64,000 bases of DNA from contig CAWEGZ010000013.1 of assembly GCA_963808655.1 (NCBI GenBank), positions 2,433 to 66,432 on the forward strand, given 5' to 3'. The notes beneath the pieces were generated by a model. It worked only from the letters and a program-made list of their open reading frames with translations, ran no database searches and was not told the origin of the DNA. Both the position numbers and the translations under genes were made by a program. Below are positions 28,400 to 39,152 of this stretch, in pieces (the first letter of the stretch is position 1; the number at the start of each line of letters is the position of its first letter). The stretch is from an uncultured Solirubrobacterales bacterium (GTDB lineage Bacteria > Actinomycetota > Thermoleophilia > Solirubrobacterales > Solirubrobacteraceae).

Positions 28400-30774
28400 G
28401 CGCCCCAGGCGGAAATGGCCGTCACGTCGGGCGGGCCATGCGGCGCAAGGAGGACCCGCGGATGATCACGGGTACGGCGCGCTACATCGACGACATCTCG
28501 CTGCCGGGCGAGCTGTATGCGGTCTTGGTGCGCTCACCCGAGGCGCACGCGACCATCACCTCCATCGACACCTCGGCCGCTGCGGCGCGTCCAGACGTGG
28601 TCGCGGTATTCACGGGAGAGGACCTGGCGAGCGACTTCGCGAGCCCCATGGCGATGGTGTGGAGCCCGCCGGGGGTTGAGATCAAGACACCCGAGAAGTG
28701 GCCTCTGAGCCGGGGCCAGGTCAAGCACGTCGGCGACGCCGTGGCCGTAGTCGTCGGCCGGGACCGCTATTCGGTTGTCGACGCCGCCGAGCAGGTGATC
28801 GTCGAGTACGAGCCGAAGCCGGTCGTGACCGACCCCGAGCGCGCGCTGGAAGACTCATCGCCGCTGGTGTGGGATGAGTTCGGGACCAACCGGACGCACG
28901 AGTGGAAGGTCTCCGGCGGCGACGTCGACGCCGCGCTGGCCGAAGCGGACGTCGTGGTGGAGCAGCGGGTCGTCAACCATCGCACGGCCGGGGCGGCGAT
29001 CGAGCCGCGGGGCGCCCTTGCCGACCCCCAGGGCGAGAGCGTCACCCTGTACTCCTCGACCCAGATCCCGCACATCCTGCGCTTCGTGCTCTCGGGCATC
29101 CTGGGGATGCCCGAAGACAGGCTGCGCGTGGTGGCCCCCGACGTCGGTGGGGGGTTCGGCTCGAAGCTTCAGGTGTACCCCGAAGAGGCATTGGTGGTGG
29201 CGCTCGCACGCCGGCTGCGCCGCCCAATCAAGTGGATCGAGACTCGCTCTGAGAACATGGCCACCACCCACCACGGCCGCGACCAGATCGCGTACGTGAC
29301 GTTGGGCGCCAAGCGCGACGGGACGCTGACCGGCTGCCGCGCCCGCGTCCTCGCGGATCTGGGCGCCTATCAGCTGCTGCTCACCCCCTTCATCCCCGAG
29401 CTGGGCTTCCCCGTGATGGGCGGCTGCTACCGGCTCCCCGCCGTCGACCTCACCTTCGAGGGAGTCTTCACCAACAAGTTCTGTACCGACGCGATTCGCG
29501 GCGCCGGCCGGCCCGAGGCGACCTACTGGATCGAGCTGGCGATGGACAAGCTCGCGGCCGAGCTCGGGATGGACCGACTCGAGCTGCGGCGCAAGAACTT
29601 CATCGGCAGGGACGAGTTCCCGTACACCACTGCGCTGGGGATCGTCTATGACTCGGGCGACTACCGGGGCACGCTCGACCGCCTGCTCGAGCACTTCGAC
29701 CTCGATGCCTTCAGGCGTGAGCAGGCCGAGCTGCGCGAGCGCGGCATTCATCGCGGGGTCGGGTTCTCCACCTACGTCGAGGTGTGCGGGCTCGCGCCGT
29801 CGCGGGCGGTAGGTCCCCAGGGCGTCGGTCTGCAGGCCGCCTTCTGGGAATCCGCGATGGTGCGCGTGCATCCCTCCGGCTCCGCGACCGTGTTCACCGG
29901 CACTTCGCCCCACGGCCAGGGCCATGACACTGGCTTCGCCCAGATCGCCGCCGACCGCCTGGGCATCGACCCCGAACGCATCGAGGTCATCCATGGCGAC
30001 ACCAACGAGGGGCCCTGGGGCTGGGGCACGTACGGATCGCGCTCTCTCGCCGTGGGCGGGGAGGCGGTTGCGCGAGCGTCGGAGAAGGTGCAGGACAAGG
30101 CGCGGCAGATCTGCGCGGCGCTGCTCGAGGCCGATCCCGAGGACATCGAGCTAGCCGACGGCAAGTACCGGGTGCGCGGGTCGCCGGACAAGTTCAAGAC
30201 ACTCGCCGAGATCGCCGGCGCCGCCCACATCCCGCCGCAGGAGCTCCCGAGCGACATCGAACCGGGGCTCGAGGCGACCACGATGTACGACCCGGAGAAC
30301 TTCGTCTTCCCGTTCGGGGCGCACGCTTGCGTGGTCGATGTCGACGCCGAGACCGGCAAGGTGAAGGTCGTCCGCTACGTCGCGGTCGACGACTGCGGCC
30401 CGGCGATCAATCCGGCGCTGATCGAGGGGCAGGTGCACGGTGGCGTCGCGCATGCGATCGGGCAGGCCCTGTACGAGCAGGTCCACTACGACGAATCCGG
30501 CCAGCTCGTGACCGGCACCTTCGTGGACTACGCCCTGCCGACGGCCGCCGAGCTGCCGAGCTTCGAGACCGACCGCACGGAGACTCCCTCGCCGGTCAAC
30601 TCCCTGGGCGTAAAGGGCGTCGGCGAAGCGGGGACGATCGCCGCCACGCCCGCGGTCACCGCCGCCGTGCTCGATGCACTCGAGCCGTTTGGGGTCAAGT
30701 GGCTCGACATGCCGCTGACCCCGATTCGCGTCTGGCAGGCAATCGAGGAAGCGCGAGGAGGTGTTTCCGCATGA
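28396..30774 (+). CDS. Xanthine dehydrogenase-family molybdopterin-binding large subunit (CoxL-like, form II-type active-site loop)
   Basis: [37 protein letters not shown]; lacks the form I AYxCSFR motif. Confidence 0.9.
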   Translation: MSAPGGNGRHVGRAMRRKEDPRMITGTARYIDDISLPGELYAVLVRSPEAHATITSIDTSAAAARPDVVAVFTGEDLASDFASPMAMVWSPPGVEIKTPEKWPLSRGQVKHVGDAVAVVVGRDRYSVVDAAEQVIVEYEPKPVVTDPERALEDSSPLVWDEFGTNRTHEWKVSGGDVDAALAEADVVVEQRVVNHRTAGAAIEPRGALADPQGESVTLYSSTQIPHILRFVLSGILGMPEDRLRVVAPDVGGGFGSKLQVYPEEALVVALARRLRRPIKWIETRSENMATTHHGRDQIAYVTLGAKRDGTLTGCRARVLADLGAYQLLLTPFIPELGFPVMGGCYRLPAVDLTFEGVFTNKFCTDAIRGAGRPEATYWIELAMDKLAAELGMDRLELRRKNFIGRDEFPYTTALGIVYDSGDYRGTLDRLLEHFDLDAFRREQAELRERGIHRGVGFSTYVEVCGLAPSRAVGPQGVGLQAAFWESAMVRVHPSGSATVFTGTSPHGQGHDTGFAQIAADRLGIDPERIEVIHGDTNEGPWGWGTYGSRSLAVGGEAVARASEKVQDKARQICAALLEADPEDIELADGKYRVRGSPDKFKTLAEIAGAAHIPPQELPSDIEPGLEATTMYDPENFVFPFGAHACVVDVDAETGKVKVVRYVAVDDCGPAINPALIEGQVHGGVAHAIGQALYEQVHYDESGQLVTGTFVDYALPTAAELPSFETDRTETPSPVNSLGVKGVGEAGTIAATPAVTAAVLDALEPFGVKWLDMPLTPIRVWQAIEEARGGVSA

Positions 30775-31617
30775 TTCCGGCCGAGTTCGACTACCTGGCG
30801 CCGGAGACCCTGGAGGAGGCGATCGGGGCGCTTTCCGAGCGCGGCGATGATGCCAAGCTGCTCGCCGGGGGCCACTCGCTGCTGCCGTTGATGAAGCTGC
30901 GGCTCGCGGCGCCCTCGCTGCTTGTCGATCTGCGCCGGGTGCCCGGGATTCAGGGCATCCAGCGCGAAAATGGCGACTGGCGGATCGGCGCGATGACGCC
31001 GCACCGCGAGCTCGAGCACACCCCCGAGCTGGGGATTGTGGCGCGCGCCGCGGGCACCATCGCCGACCCCCAGGTCCGCAACCGAGGCACGATCGGAGGC
31101 TCGCTGGCACACGGCGATTCCGCCTCCGACCTGCCTGCCATCCTGCTGGTCGCGGAGGGCACGATCACTCTCCAGGGCATCTCCGGTCAGCGGGCCGTGG
31201 CGGCGGAGGACCTGTTCCGCGGATACCTGGAGACCGCGATCGAGCCTGGAGAGGTGCTCACCGAGGTGCGGCTCCCCGCGCTCGAGGGCTATGGCTTCGG
31301 CTACGAGAAGTTCAACCGGCGCAGCGAGGACTGGGCCATGGTCGCAGTCTCGGCGGTGATCAAGCAGACGGGGGACGTGTGCGAGGACGTGCGAGTTGGC
31401 CTCACCCACATGGGCGTGGTGCCGTTGCGCGCGCATGCTGTGGAGCAGGCGCTGCGCGGACAAGTCGCTCTCCCGCGAATCGATCGCGCAGGCTGCCGAG
31501 CGGGCCGCGGAGGGAACGGACCCGCCCGCGGACCTCAACGCGAGCGCCGACTACAAGCGTCACCTCGCGCGGGTGCTCTGCCTCAGGGCGCTCGAGGACG
31601 CGGCCGGCCTCCTGTGA
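30771..31617 (+). pseudogene. coxM: FAD-binding medium subunit (CoxM/CutM-like) with a +1 frameshift near 31460 (real lesion or sequencing error)
   Basis: LAGGHSLLP and QVRNRGTIGGS lie in one frame; the expected C-terminus SLSRESIAQAA...DLNASADYKRHLARVL continues in another frame ending at 31617. Confidence 0.8.
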
Positions 31618-31663
31618 GGCTCTACCGCTGGAGCCGCTCCCTCGTGCTCGTGGGGAGAGCCAC

Positions 31664-32521
31664 ATGAGCATGCCGTCAATCGCGTCCGCCGACGACGTCG
31701 GGGCCGCGCTTGCGTCAGAGGGCTACCTGGCCGACCGGCCGCTGTCGCTGGCGGTGTATTTGGCGGTCGCGCTCGGACAACCGTTGCTGCTGGAGGGCGA
31801 GGCGGGCGTGGGGAAGACGGAGGTGGCGCGCGCCTTCGCCCAGGCGGGCGGGGCCCGGTTGATCCGTCTGCAGTGCCACGAGGGCATCGATGTCCATCAC
31901 GCTCTGTATGACTGGGACTACTCCCGACAGCTGCTGGCGCTGCGCGCAGCCGAAGGGGGAATCGACGAGGGGGAGCTGTTCTCGCGCCGCTTTCTGTTGC
32001 GCCGGCCGCTGCTCGAGGCGCTCGAGGCACGAGCGGACGAGCCGGTTGTGGTCCTGATCGACGAGATCGATCGCGCCGACGACGAGTTCGAGGCCTTCCT
32101 GCTCGAGCTCCTATCCGATTTCCAGGTCACGATCCCCGAGCTCGGCACGATTGCCGCGGCAAGTCCGCCGCTCGTGTTCTTGACCTCGAATCGCACGCGT
32201 GAGCTCCACGACGCCTTGAAGCGGCGCTGCCTCTACCACTGGATCGAGTACCCCACGCCCGAACGCGAGCGCGAGATCGTGCGCGTGCGCGTGCCCGGAG
32301 TCCCTGAGGCGATCGCCGGGCGCGTGGTGGAGGGCGTGGCGCGGCTGCGCGAGCAACAGGATCTCTACAAGCTGCCGGGCGTCGGGGAGACGATCGTGTG
32401 GGCGCGGGCGCTGCTCGCGCTCGACTCGGCCCCGCTACTCGAGGACACGCTCGGCGCAGTGCTCAAGGTCCACGAGGATCTTGTCCGCGTCCGCGAGCGG
32501 AAAGTGCTCGAGGGTGTCTGA
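31664..32521 (+). CDS. coxD: MoxR-family AAA+ ATPase, CoxD-like
   Basis: LLLEGEAGVGKT, LIDEIDRAD, SNRTRELHDALKRRC. Confidence 0.9.
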   Translation: MSMPSIASADDVGAALASEGYLADRPLSLAVYLAVALGQPLLLEGEAGVGKTEVARAFAQAGGARLIRLQCHEGIDVHHALYDWDYSRQLLALRAAEGGIDEGELFSRRFLLRRPLLEALEARADEPVVVLIDEIDRADDEFEAFLLELLSDFQVTIPELGTIAAASPPLVFLTSNRTRELHDALKRRCLYHWIEYPTPEREREIVRVRVPGVPEAIAGRVVEGVARLREQQDLYKLPGVGETIVWARALLALDSAPLLEDTLGAVLKVHEDLVRVRERKVLEGV

Positions 32522-33635
32522 GGCCGTCGTCGGCCCCCTGGGGTCGCTGCTCGCCACATTCCGGGGACAGGGCGGCCGGGCAGGGGTCGGGGAGCTGCTG
32601 GCGTCGGTGCGGGCGCTAGAGGCGGTCGACTGCGCATCACGGGAGGATGCGCGGCTCGCCTTACGGACGGTGCTCTGCTCCACCCACGCCGACCTCGAGC
32701 GCTTCGAGTTCGCGTTCGAGCAGACATTCGGTCCCGCTCTACTCGAGCCCGATCGACCAAACCCACTCAGCGAGCTCGGCGAGATCGAGCGCACCGCACT
32801 GCCGCACGCGGCCGTCCCGGGCGCGCCCCTGCGGGCGCCCCCACGCGACTCGGCTGACGCCGTCCCCGCTGCCTGGAGCGAGGTCGAGCTGTTGCGCCAC
32901 AAGGACTTCGCGCACTATGACGAGCGCGAGCTTGCGTTGGCGCGGGAGCTGATCACGCGCCTCGCGCGACGCGGGCCCATGCGGCGCTCCCGCCGGACGC
33001 GCGCGACGCGGCGGCGCAGCCACGCCCCCGACCTGAGGCAGATCGTGCGGGCGTCGCTGCGGACCGGAGGCGAGCCGCTGCGGCGCAGCTGGCGGGCGCC
33101 GTCGCTGCGCGCTCGTCAGCTCGTGCTGGTGTGCGACGTATCGGGCTCGATGGCGCCGTATGCCCGCATGCTGCTGCAGTACCTGCATGCCTGCGTCGTG
33201 GCGCGGCGGCGGGTCGAGGCGTTCGTCTTTGGGACGCGGCTCACGCGCATCACCCAGGAGCTGGGCGGTCGCGACCCGGACCTGGCGCTCGCGCGCGCGA
33301 GCGCCGCTGTGCTCGATATCGCGGGGGGCACCCGGATCGGCGCCGCGCTGGCGGAGCTCAACCGCGCGCATGGCCGGCGCTTGGGACGCGGATCGCTGGT
33401 GGTCGTGCTCTCGGACGGCTGGGACCGCGGCGACCCGGAGCTGCTCGCGGCGGAGATGGGGCGCCTGCGGCGGACCGCGCACAGGCTGGTGTGGCTGAAC
33501 CCGCTCGCGGCCCATCCCACCTACGAGCCGCTCACGCGGGGAATGCAGGCGGCAATCCCTCACACCGACCGGCTCTTGCCCGGCAACTCTCTAGCCTCTC
33601 TGGAGCAGCTCGCTGCGCTGCTTGAGGAGATGTGA
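32514..33635 (+). CDS. coxE: VWA domain protein, CoxE-like
   Basis: CDVSGSM MIDAS, GGTRIG, LSDGWDRG, WLNP. Confidence 0.88.
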   Translation: MSEAVVGPLGSLLATFRGQGGRAGVGELLASVRALEAVDCASREDARLALRTVLCSTHADLERFEFAFEQTFGPALLEPDRPNPLSELGEIERTALPHAAVPGAPLRAPPRDSADAVPAAWSEVELLRHKDFAHYDERELALARELITRLARRGPMRRSRRTRATRRRSHAPDLRQIVRASLRTGGEPLRRSWRAPSLRARQLVLVCDVSGSMAPYARMLLQYLHACVVARRRVEAFVFGTRLTRITQELGGRDPDLALARASAAVLDIAGGTRIGAALAELNRAHGRRLGRGSLVVVLSDGWDRGDPELLAAEMGRLRRTAHRLVWLNPLAAHPTYEPLTRGMQAAIPHTDRLLPGNSLASLEQLAALLEEM

Positions 33636-33732
33636 CGCGAGAAAGGCTCAAATCGGAAACGATGTCCGCCTCCGTTCACCCCTCGAACGAAACGGGACAT
33701 CGTCTGCCGGTGGCCAAAGGTTTGGAGAAGTT

Positions 33733-34785
33733 TTGAGAGAGGTTTTGAGAGAGCTTTCTGAGTGGGCGGCCCACGGTGAGTCCGTCGCGCTGGCGACGGT
33801 CGTGGCCGCCCGGCGCTCGGCCCCGCGGCCGCCCGGCGCGAAGATGGCGGTCAGCGAGCGTGGCGAGATCGCGGGTGGAGTGTCCGGCGGTTGTGTCGAA
33901 GGGGCTGTGGTCGAGATCGCACACAACGTGCTCGAGGGCGCGCCGCCCCAACTCGAGAGCTTCGGCATCGCCGACGCCGATGCCTGGGAGGTGGGCCTCC
34001 CATGCGGGGGTGAGATCGACGTGTGGATCGAGCGCTACGAGCCCGGCCGCTTCGAGGAGATCGCGCGTACCGGAGGCCGCGCGACCGCTGTGACCATGCT
34101 CGAGGGTCCCGCTCCGGGCGCGAAGCTGCTGGTTGAGGCCGACGGGGCGCGCTCGGGCTCGCTGGGCTCGCCCGAGCTTGACGACGAGGCGGCGCGCACC
34201 GCGGCCGAGCTGCTGTGGACCGAGCGCTCAGAGCGTCGCGGAGCCCTCTTCTTCGATGTCACCGCGCCCGCCCCGCGGCTGATCGTGTTCGGGGCGGTGG
34301 ACATCGCGAGGCCGCTTTGCACCCTCGCGCGCACGGCCGGCTTGCGCCCCTATGTTGTGGACCCGCGCGCCCGTTTCGCCCGGCCTGAACGGTTCCCAGA
34401 CGCGGACCAGGTCATCGCGGCGTGGCCCGATGAAGCTTTCGCGACTCTGGGGGGCATTGACCCCGCGACTTCGATCGTGGTGCTCACGCACGACCCCAAG
34501 CTCGACGATGCCGCGCTCGAAATCGCGTTGCGCTCCCCCGCCCGTTTTGTGGGCGCCATGGGGTCTCGCCGAGCGCAGGAGCGCCGCCGCGAGCGCCTGC
34601 TGGCCCTGGGCCTCGGCGACGAGGAGCTTGGACGCCTGGCCGCCCCACTGGGTCTCGACCTCGGAGGCGTGACCCCTGGGGAGACGGCGCTGTCGGTGCT
34701 CGCGGAAATCATCGCTGCCAGTCACGGGCACGATGGGGGGCGGCTCTCGGAGGCTCGCGGCCGGATCCACGAGGTGACCGCGTGA
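33733..34785 (+). CDS. XdhC/CoxF family molybdenum-cofactor maturation protein
   Basis: SAPRPPGA, VSGGCVEG, GLPCGG, THDPKLD, GAMGSRR, PLGLDLG; TTG start inferred. Confidence 0.88.
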   Translation: MREVLRELSEWAAHGESVALATVVAARRSAPRPPGAKMAVSERGEIAGGVSGGCVEGAVVEIAHNVLEGAPPQLESFGIADADAWEVGLPCGGEIDVWIERYEPGRFEEIARTGGRATAVTMLEGPAPGAKLLVEADGARSGSLGSPELDDEAARTAAELLWTERSERRGALFFDVTAPAPRLIVFGAVDIARPLCTLARTAGLRPYVVDPRARFARPERFPDADQVIAAWPDEAFATLGGIDPATSIVVLTHDPKLDDAALEIALRSPARFVGAMGSRRAQERRRERLLALGLGDEELGRLAAPLGLDLGGVTPGETALSVLAEIIAASHGHDGGRLSEARGRIHEVTA

Positions 34786-35570
34786 ACTTCGAGAACAGCT
34801 TTGTGGTCGAGGCAGCCCCGGCAACGGTGTGGAAGACGATGATGGACTTCGAGCGGGTCGCGCCGTGCATGCCTGGGGCCGAGGTCACCGAGAAGACCTC
34901 CGATGAGGCGTTCAAGGTGCAGATCCGGGTGAAGGTCGGACCGATGTCGATGACATATCGCGGACAGGCCGAGATCACCGACCGCGACGACACCGCGATG
35001 ACGGCGTCGATGCGGGTCCAGGCGCGCGAGAGCCGCGGTCAGGGCACCGCGAACGCGACCGTCCAGATCGAGCTCGCCGAGGAAGACGGCGGCACGCGGG
35101 CGAGCATGGGCACCGATCTCAGGCTGAGTGGCCGCGCCGCGGCCATGGGCAGAGGCGTGATCGCGGACGTCTCGCAGGCGCTCGTGTCCGAGTTTGCGGA
35201 GAACCTCGCGCGCATGCTGTCGTCGGGAGATGGCGCCGGCGAGCGCGCCGGCGAAGAGCCCCGCGCGCAGAGGGGTGAGGACGCGCCTCCATCTTCCCCC
35301 GGGCCGCCGCCCCCTCCGTCCGCTCCTGGGCCGCCGCCGCCGTCCGCTCCTGGGCCGCCCCCTCCGTCTCCTTCCGCGCCGCCTCCTTCGCCTCCGCCGG
35401 GGCCGCCGCCCCCTCCGTCCGCGGGGGCACTAGACGCCGGCCAGCTCGCCAAGAGCGTGCTCGCGGGTCGCCTCGCAGAGCCCCGCGCGCAGCTCGCGGC
35501 GGGCGGCGCGCTGGCGCTCGCCGGCCTGGTGGTGGGCTACCGACTGGGCCGCCGCTCGCGGTATCGGTGA
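34782..35570 (+). CDS. coxG: CoxG-like SRPBCC protein with Pro-rich linker and C-terminal membrane anchor
   Basis: ERVAPCMPGA, VKVGP; (PSAPGPPP)n linker; hydrophobic tail ending in RRSRYR. Confidence 0.8.
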   Translation: MNFENSFVVEAAPATVWKTMMDFERVAPCMPGAEVTEKTSDEAFKVQIRVKVGPMSMTYRGQAEITDRDDTAMTASMRVQARESRGQGTANATVQIELAEEDGGTRASMGTDLRLSGRAAAMGRGVIADVSQALVSEFAENLARMLSSGDGAGERAGEEPRAQRGEDAPPSSPGPPPPPSAPGPPPPSAPGPPPPSPSAPPPSPPPGPPPPPSAGALDAGQLAKSVLAGRLAEPRAQLAAGGALALAGLVVGYRLGRRSRYR

Positions 35571-36154
35571 AGACCGGCGGGCTGATCCTGGCCGCCGGCG
35601 CCGGCAGCCGCTACGGCAGCTCGCCAAAGCTCCTCGCCGAACTTGACGGCCGCCCGCTGCTCGAGCATGCAATCGCCGCGCAGTGCGCCGTGCCCGCACT
35701 TGCGCGCGTGGTTGTGGTGCTCGGTGCTCACGCCCGGACGATCCTCGACGCCGTCGATTTCATGCGAGCCGAACCGGTCGTCTGCTCCCACTGGCGGAAG
35801 GGATTGTCCGCCTCGCTGCGGTGCGGAGCCGGCGCATTGAGGGATGCGGAGCGGGTGATAGTGACGCTCGGTGACGAGCCCCTGATCACGCCGGAGCTGA
35901 TCGCGAGGTTCCTGGACGCCCCGCCGGGCGCCCGCGCGACATACCGCGGCCAGCCGGGTCATCCCGTGGTGCTCGGCCCGGAACAGCTGCGGGCCCTCGG
36001 CGGCCTGCGCGGCGATCGAGGCGGCCAAGAGTTGCTGCACGGGGGGATGACGATCGAGTGCGGTCGTCTGGGCCTGGGGGCCGATGTCGACACGCCGGAC
36101 GACCTCCAGGCAGTACGCCGCCGGGGGCAGGAGCTCCGTCCGTCTGGGAGATAA
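35567..36154 (+). CDS. Molybdenum cofactor cytidylyltransferase (MocA-like)
   Basis: LAAGAGSRYG, GLSASL, LGDEP, GHPV, GDRG, DVDTPDD. Confidence 0.85.
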   Translation: MKTGGLILAAGAGSRYGSSPKLLAELDGRPLLEHAIAAQCAVPALARVVVVLGAHARTILDAVDFMRAEPVVCSHWRKGLSASLRCGAGALRDAERVIVTLGDEPLITPELIARFLDAPPGARATYRGQPGHPVVLGPEQLRALGGLRGDRGGQELLHGGMTIECGRLGLGADVDTPDDLQAVRRRGQELRPSGR

Positions 36155-36333
36155 CTTCAGGTTTTTGGGGGTCATCGCCCAGACTTGCTGGCCTCGACCT
36201 CGGGCGCCGGCGCTACCCGCGCGTCGTGCCGCATAGAGGCGCTCGAGCAGCAGCCCGCGGGCGCCGCCGCCGTTGACCGCCCCCGCCACCGTGGCCCGAA
36301 GGCGCGACCGAGGCGCCTCCCGCGTCCTCCGCC

Positions 36334-37272
36334 TCAGGCCACCGCGCGTGCCTTGGCGAGCGGCGGCCGCTCGATCACCGGGATCGAAACGGGATCGGGT
36401 CCTCCCTCCCGCGGCACCAATAGCTCCGACGGCAGAGGCCCTCGCAGGCGGCCGTCGCGTTCTAGCCGCAAGGCCACCGCCCGCAGTACCGCTGACGCCA
36501 TCGCGGTGAGCTCACGCAGCGGCTGGTGGGCGTTCTGACGCAGGTCGAGATTCACCTGGGCCAGGGAGTCAAGTCCGACCGCCGCAAAGGCGTCAATCAG
36601 CAGCGCAATCTCGACGCCGTATCCGGTCACGAACGGGAGCTGCTCGAGCAGCGAGCGGCGAGCGGCTACCTCTCCCGCGAGTGGCTGTTCGAAGCCCGCG
36701 AGCTCGGGATAGAAGAGGTTCAGCAGGGGCCGTGCGGTCAGCTCGGTGACGCGCCCACCCTCGTTTGGGAGGGTGAGCTCCCCGAGGCGAAAGGGGCGCC
36801 GATAGAAGGCCTTGACGAAGGCGAGCTGCTCGTCCTGGAGCAACGGCCCGACGAGCCCGGTGACGAAATGCGGCCCGAAGCCCTCGGAGTCGGCATCGAC
36901 GAAGCAGACGATCTCTCCGCGCAAAACTGAAAGCCCGCGCCACAGCGCGTCTCCCTTGCCCAGCACCGGCCCGAGCTCAGGCGCCAGCTCATCTTGGGGA
37001 TACACCTCCGCTCCCTTCGCGCGCGCGATCTCGGCGGTGCGGTCTGTGGAGCCGTCAATCACGGCGATCTGGTCCACCAGACCGGCCTCGCATAGCTCAG
37101 TCAGGCCCGCGAGGATGCCACCGATGGTGCGCTCCTCATTGCGCGCGGGCACGCACACGGAGACCGAGACCGTCTTCTCGCCGTGCAACCGCTCGGCCAA
37201 TGTCCGGGCCGTCGGGAACTGGCGATGGTCGAACGTGTGACTGCGATGCCAGGCGCTCGCCGTGGACGTCAT
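36334..37272 (-). CDS. gpgS: Glucosyl-3-phosphoglycerate synthase
   Basis: PARNEE, GKGDALWR, FVDAD, GGRVTELTARPLL, QPLAGE, GYGVEI. Confidence 0.88.
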   Translation of the reverse strand: MTSTASAWHRSHTFDHRQFPTARTLAERLHGEKTVSVSVCVPARNEERTIGGILAGLTELCEAGLVDQIAVIDGSTDRTAEIARAKGAEVYPQDELAPELGPVLGKGDALWRGLSVLRGEIVCFVDADSEGFGPHFVTGLVGPLLQDEQLAFVKAFYRRPFRLGELTLPNEGGRVTELTARPLLNLFYPELAGFEQPLAGEVAARRSLLEQLPFVTGYGVEIALLIDAFAAVGLDSLAQVNLDLRQNAHQPLRELTAMASAVLRAVALRLERDGRLRGPLPSELLVPREGGPDPVSIPVIERPPLAKARAVA

Positions 37273-37311
37273 GCCCACAGCATGACGGAGCGGCGGTGCC
37301 CGCGAACGCCG

Positions 37312-39093
37312 TTAGGCGGCGCGCGCCTGCTCGGTGGCGGCCGGACCGGTGGGGGCGGGAGGCGCGACCGACTCGGGCGCGACTGACTCCGACACGTGCA
37401 CGTACTTCTTGCCGCGGAGCCACGAGGCGATGGCGGCCACGACGCAGCAACCAGCGGCGAAGTAGAAAGCCTCGTGAATCCCGGAGGCGAACGGGTGCGC
37501 CACTAGCGATGGGAAAAAGCGATGGCCCGTGAGGAAGGCGGCCTTGGCGTGCGACATGTGCCCGAGCACCGGGTGCAACATCGTGCCGATCGGGTTGTAG
37601 CCCAGGAATGCCGCAAAGAGGCTGCCGACGGGCGGCAGATGGGCCACCTTGGCGGCATAGGTGGAGGGCACTCCATGCGCGGACAGACCGTGATAGAGCA
37701 CGCCCGGCAGGGACGAGGCCAGGCCGATGATGATCAGCGTGAAGAAGATGCCGATCGAGAGCACCATCGCGGAGTTCATGAAGGTGGCGGCCATCCCGGC
37801 ACCGGCGCCGCGCTGATCGGGCGGGAGGCTGTTCATGATGCCGGTCTGGTTGGGCGCCGCGAACAGCCCCATGGCGAACCCATTGAGGAAGATCACCAGC
37901 GCGAAGGCCCAGTAGGCGAAGGTGACGGGCAGGGAGATCAAGAGCAGGAACGAACCGGCGGCGAGGATCATGCCCCCGGTGGTGAAGGGCCGTGCACCGA
38001 AGTGATCGGCCAGCCGGCCGGCGAAGGGTCCGGCGATCAGGAAGCCGACAGACAGGGGCAACATGTAGATGCCGGCCCAGAGGGGGGTGGTGGAGTAGCT
38101 GTAACCGTGCTCCGGCAACCAGATCCCCTGAAGCCAGATGATCAGCATGAACATCAGACCGCCGCGGGCGAGCGCGGAGAGCAGCGTGGCGACGGCCCCC
38201 ATGCTGAAGGCCCGGATGCGGAACAACGGCAGCTTGAACATGGGCGCGGCCACGCGCCGCTCGATGATCACGAACAGCCCTAGGACCAGCAGCCCGCCCC
38301 CGAGCTCGGCGATGACCTCGGGATTGGTCCAGCCCATGGTGTGCCCGCCGTAGGGGAGGATGCCGTAGGTGATGCCGACTAGGACCGCAATCAGACCGAC
38401 AGCGAAGGTCAGGTTGCCCCACCAGTCGATCTTCGACGGTGACTTGATTCCGCGCTCCTCGAGCATGAGATAGGCCCAGACCGTGCCGAAGATGCCGATC
38501 GGGACCGACACCAGGAAGACCAGCCGCCAGGCCACCGGGGCGAGGACCCCGCCCAGTACGAGGCCAACGAAGGAGCCGGCGATCGCGGCGACCATGTTGA
38601 TGCCGAGCGCGAGCCCTCGCTCGTTGGCGGGGAAGGCGTCGGTCAGGATCGCGGAGGAGTTGGCGAACAGGAAGGCGGCGCCGATCCCCTGGACGATTCG
38701 CATCACGATCATCCACATGGCGCCGGCCGAGCCCTGCAGCCACGTCACCGACAGGAGCACGCAGCCGACCGTGAAGACGGCGAAGCCGAGGTTGTACATG
38801 CGCACTCGACCGAACATGTCGCCCACTCGCCCCAGGCTCACCACCAGGACCGCGCCCACGACCAGGAAACCGAGCAACATCCACAGCAGATAGCTGGTGT
38901 TGGACGAAACGAGGGGGTTCAGGTGAATGCCGCGGAAGATCGCGGGCAGCGCGATGATCACGATCGACGAGTTGACCGTGGCCATCAGGATCCCCAGCGT
39001 GGTGTTCGACAGCGCCACCCACTTGTAGTGCTCGGGGTTGGCATGGAGGTGGAGGCGTAGGCGCGCGGCGGGGCTCTGTCGTGTCGCTGTCAC
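37312..39093 (-). CDS. MFS efflux transporter, DHA2 (EmrB/QacA)-type
   Basis: About 14 TM segments; GRVGDMFGRVRMY motif A; start approximate. Confidence 0.88.
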   Translation of the reverse strand: MTATRQSPAARLRLHLHANPEHYKWVALSNTTLGILMATVNSSIVIIALPAIFRGIHLNPLVSSNTSYLLWMLLGFLVVGAVLVVSLGRVGDMFGRVRMYNLGFAVFTVGCVLLSVTWLQGSAGAMWMIVMRIVQGIGAAFLFANSSAILTDAFPANERGLALGINMVAAIAGSFVGLVLGGVLAPVAWRLVFLVSVPIGIFGTVWAYLMLEERGIKSPSKIDWWGNLTFAVGLIAVLVGITYGILPYGGHTMGWTNPEVIAELGGGLLVLGLFVIIERRVAAPMFKLPLFRIRAFSMGAVATLLSALARGGLMFMLIIWLQGIWLPEHGYSYSTTPLWAGIYMLPLSVGFLIAGPFAGRLADHFGARPFTTGGMILAAGSFLLLISLPVTFAYWAFALVIFLNGFAMGLFAAPNQTGIMNSLPPDQRGAGAGMAATFMNSAMVLSIGIFFTLIIIGLASSLPGVLYHGLSAHGVPSTYAAKVAHLPPVGSLFAAFLGYNPIGTMLHPVLGHMSHAKAAFLTGHRFFPSLVAHPFASGIHEAFYFAAGCCVVAAIASWLRGKKYVHVSESVAPESVAPPAPTGPAATEQARAA

Positions 39094-39109
39094 AATGCGG
39101 CAGCCTAGC

Positions 39110-39130
39110 AAATTTACGTTTACGTAAAAA
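39110..39130. promoter_or_regulatory. AT-rich near-palindrome AAATTTACGTTTACGTAAAAA upstream of the MFS gene (putative repressor site)
   Basis: TTTACG-ttta-CGTAAA dyad within otherwise GC-rich DNA. Confidence 0.5.
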
Positions 39131-39152
39131 GCCAGGATGGGGGCCCGGCAAT

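Noticed and set aside
28396-30774. Call as a genuine aerobic CO dehydrogenase (form I coxL)
   Set aside because: It lacks AYxCSFR and the gene order is S-L-M.
33716-33760. GTTTTGAGAGAG short direct repeats before xdhC as a regulatory array
   Set aside because: They mostly coincide with the RBS and first codons (LREVLREL), and there are too few copies to support a separate feature.
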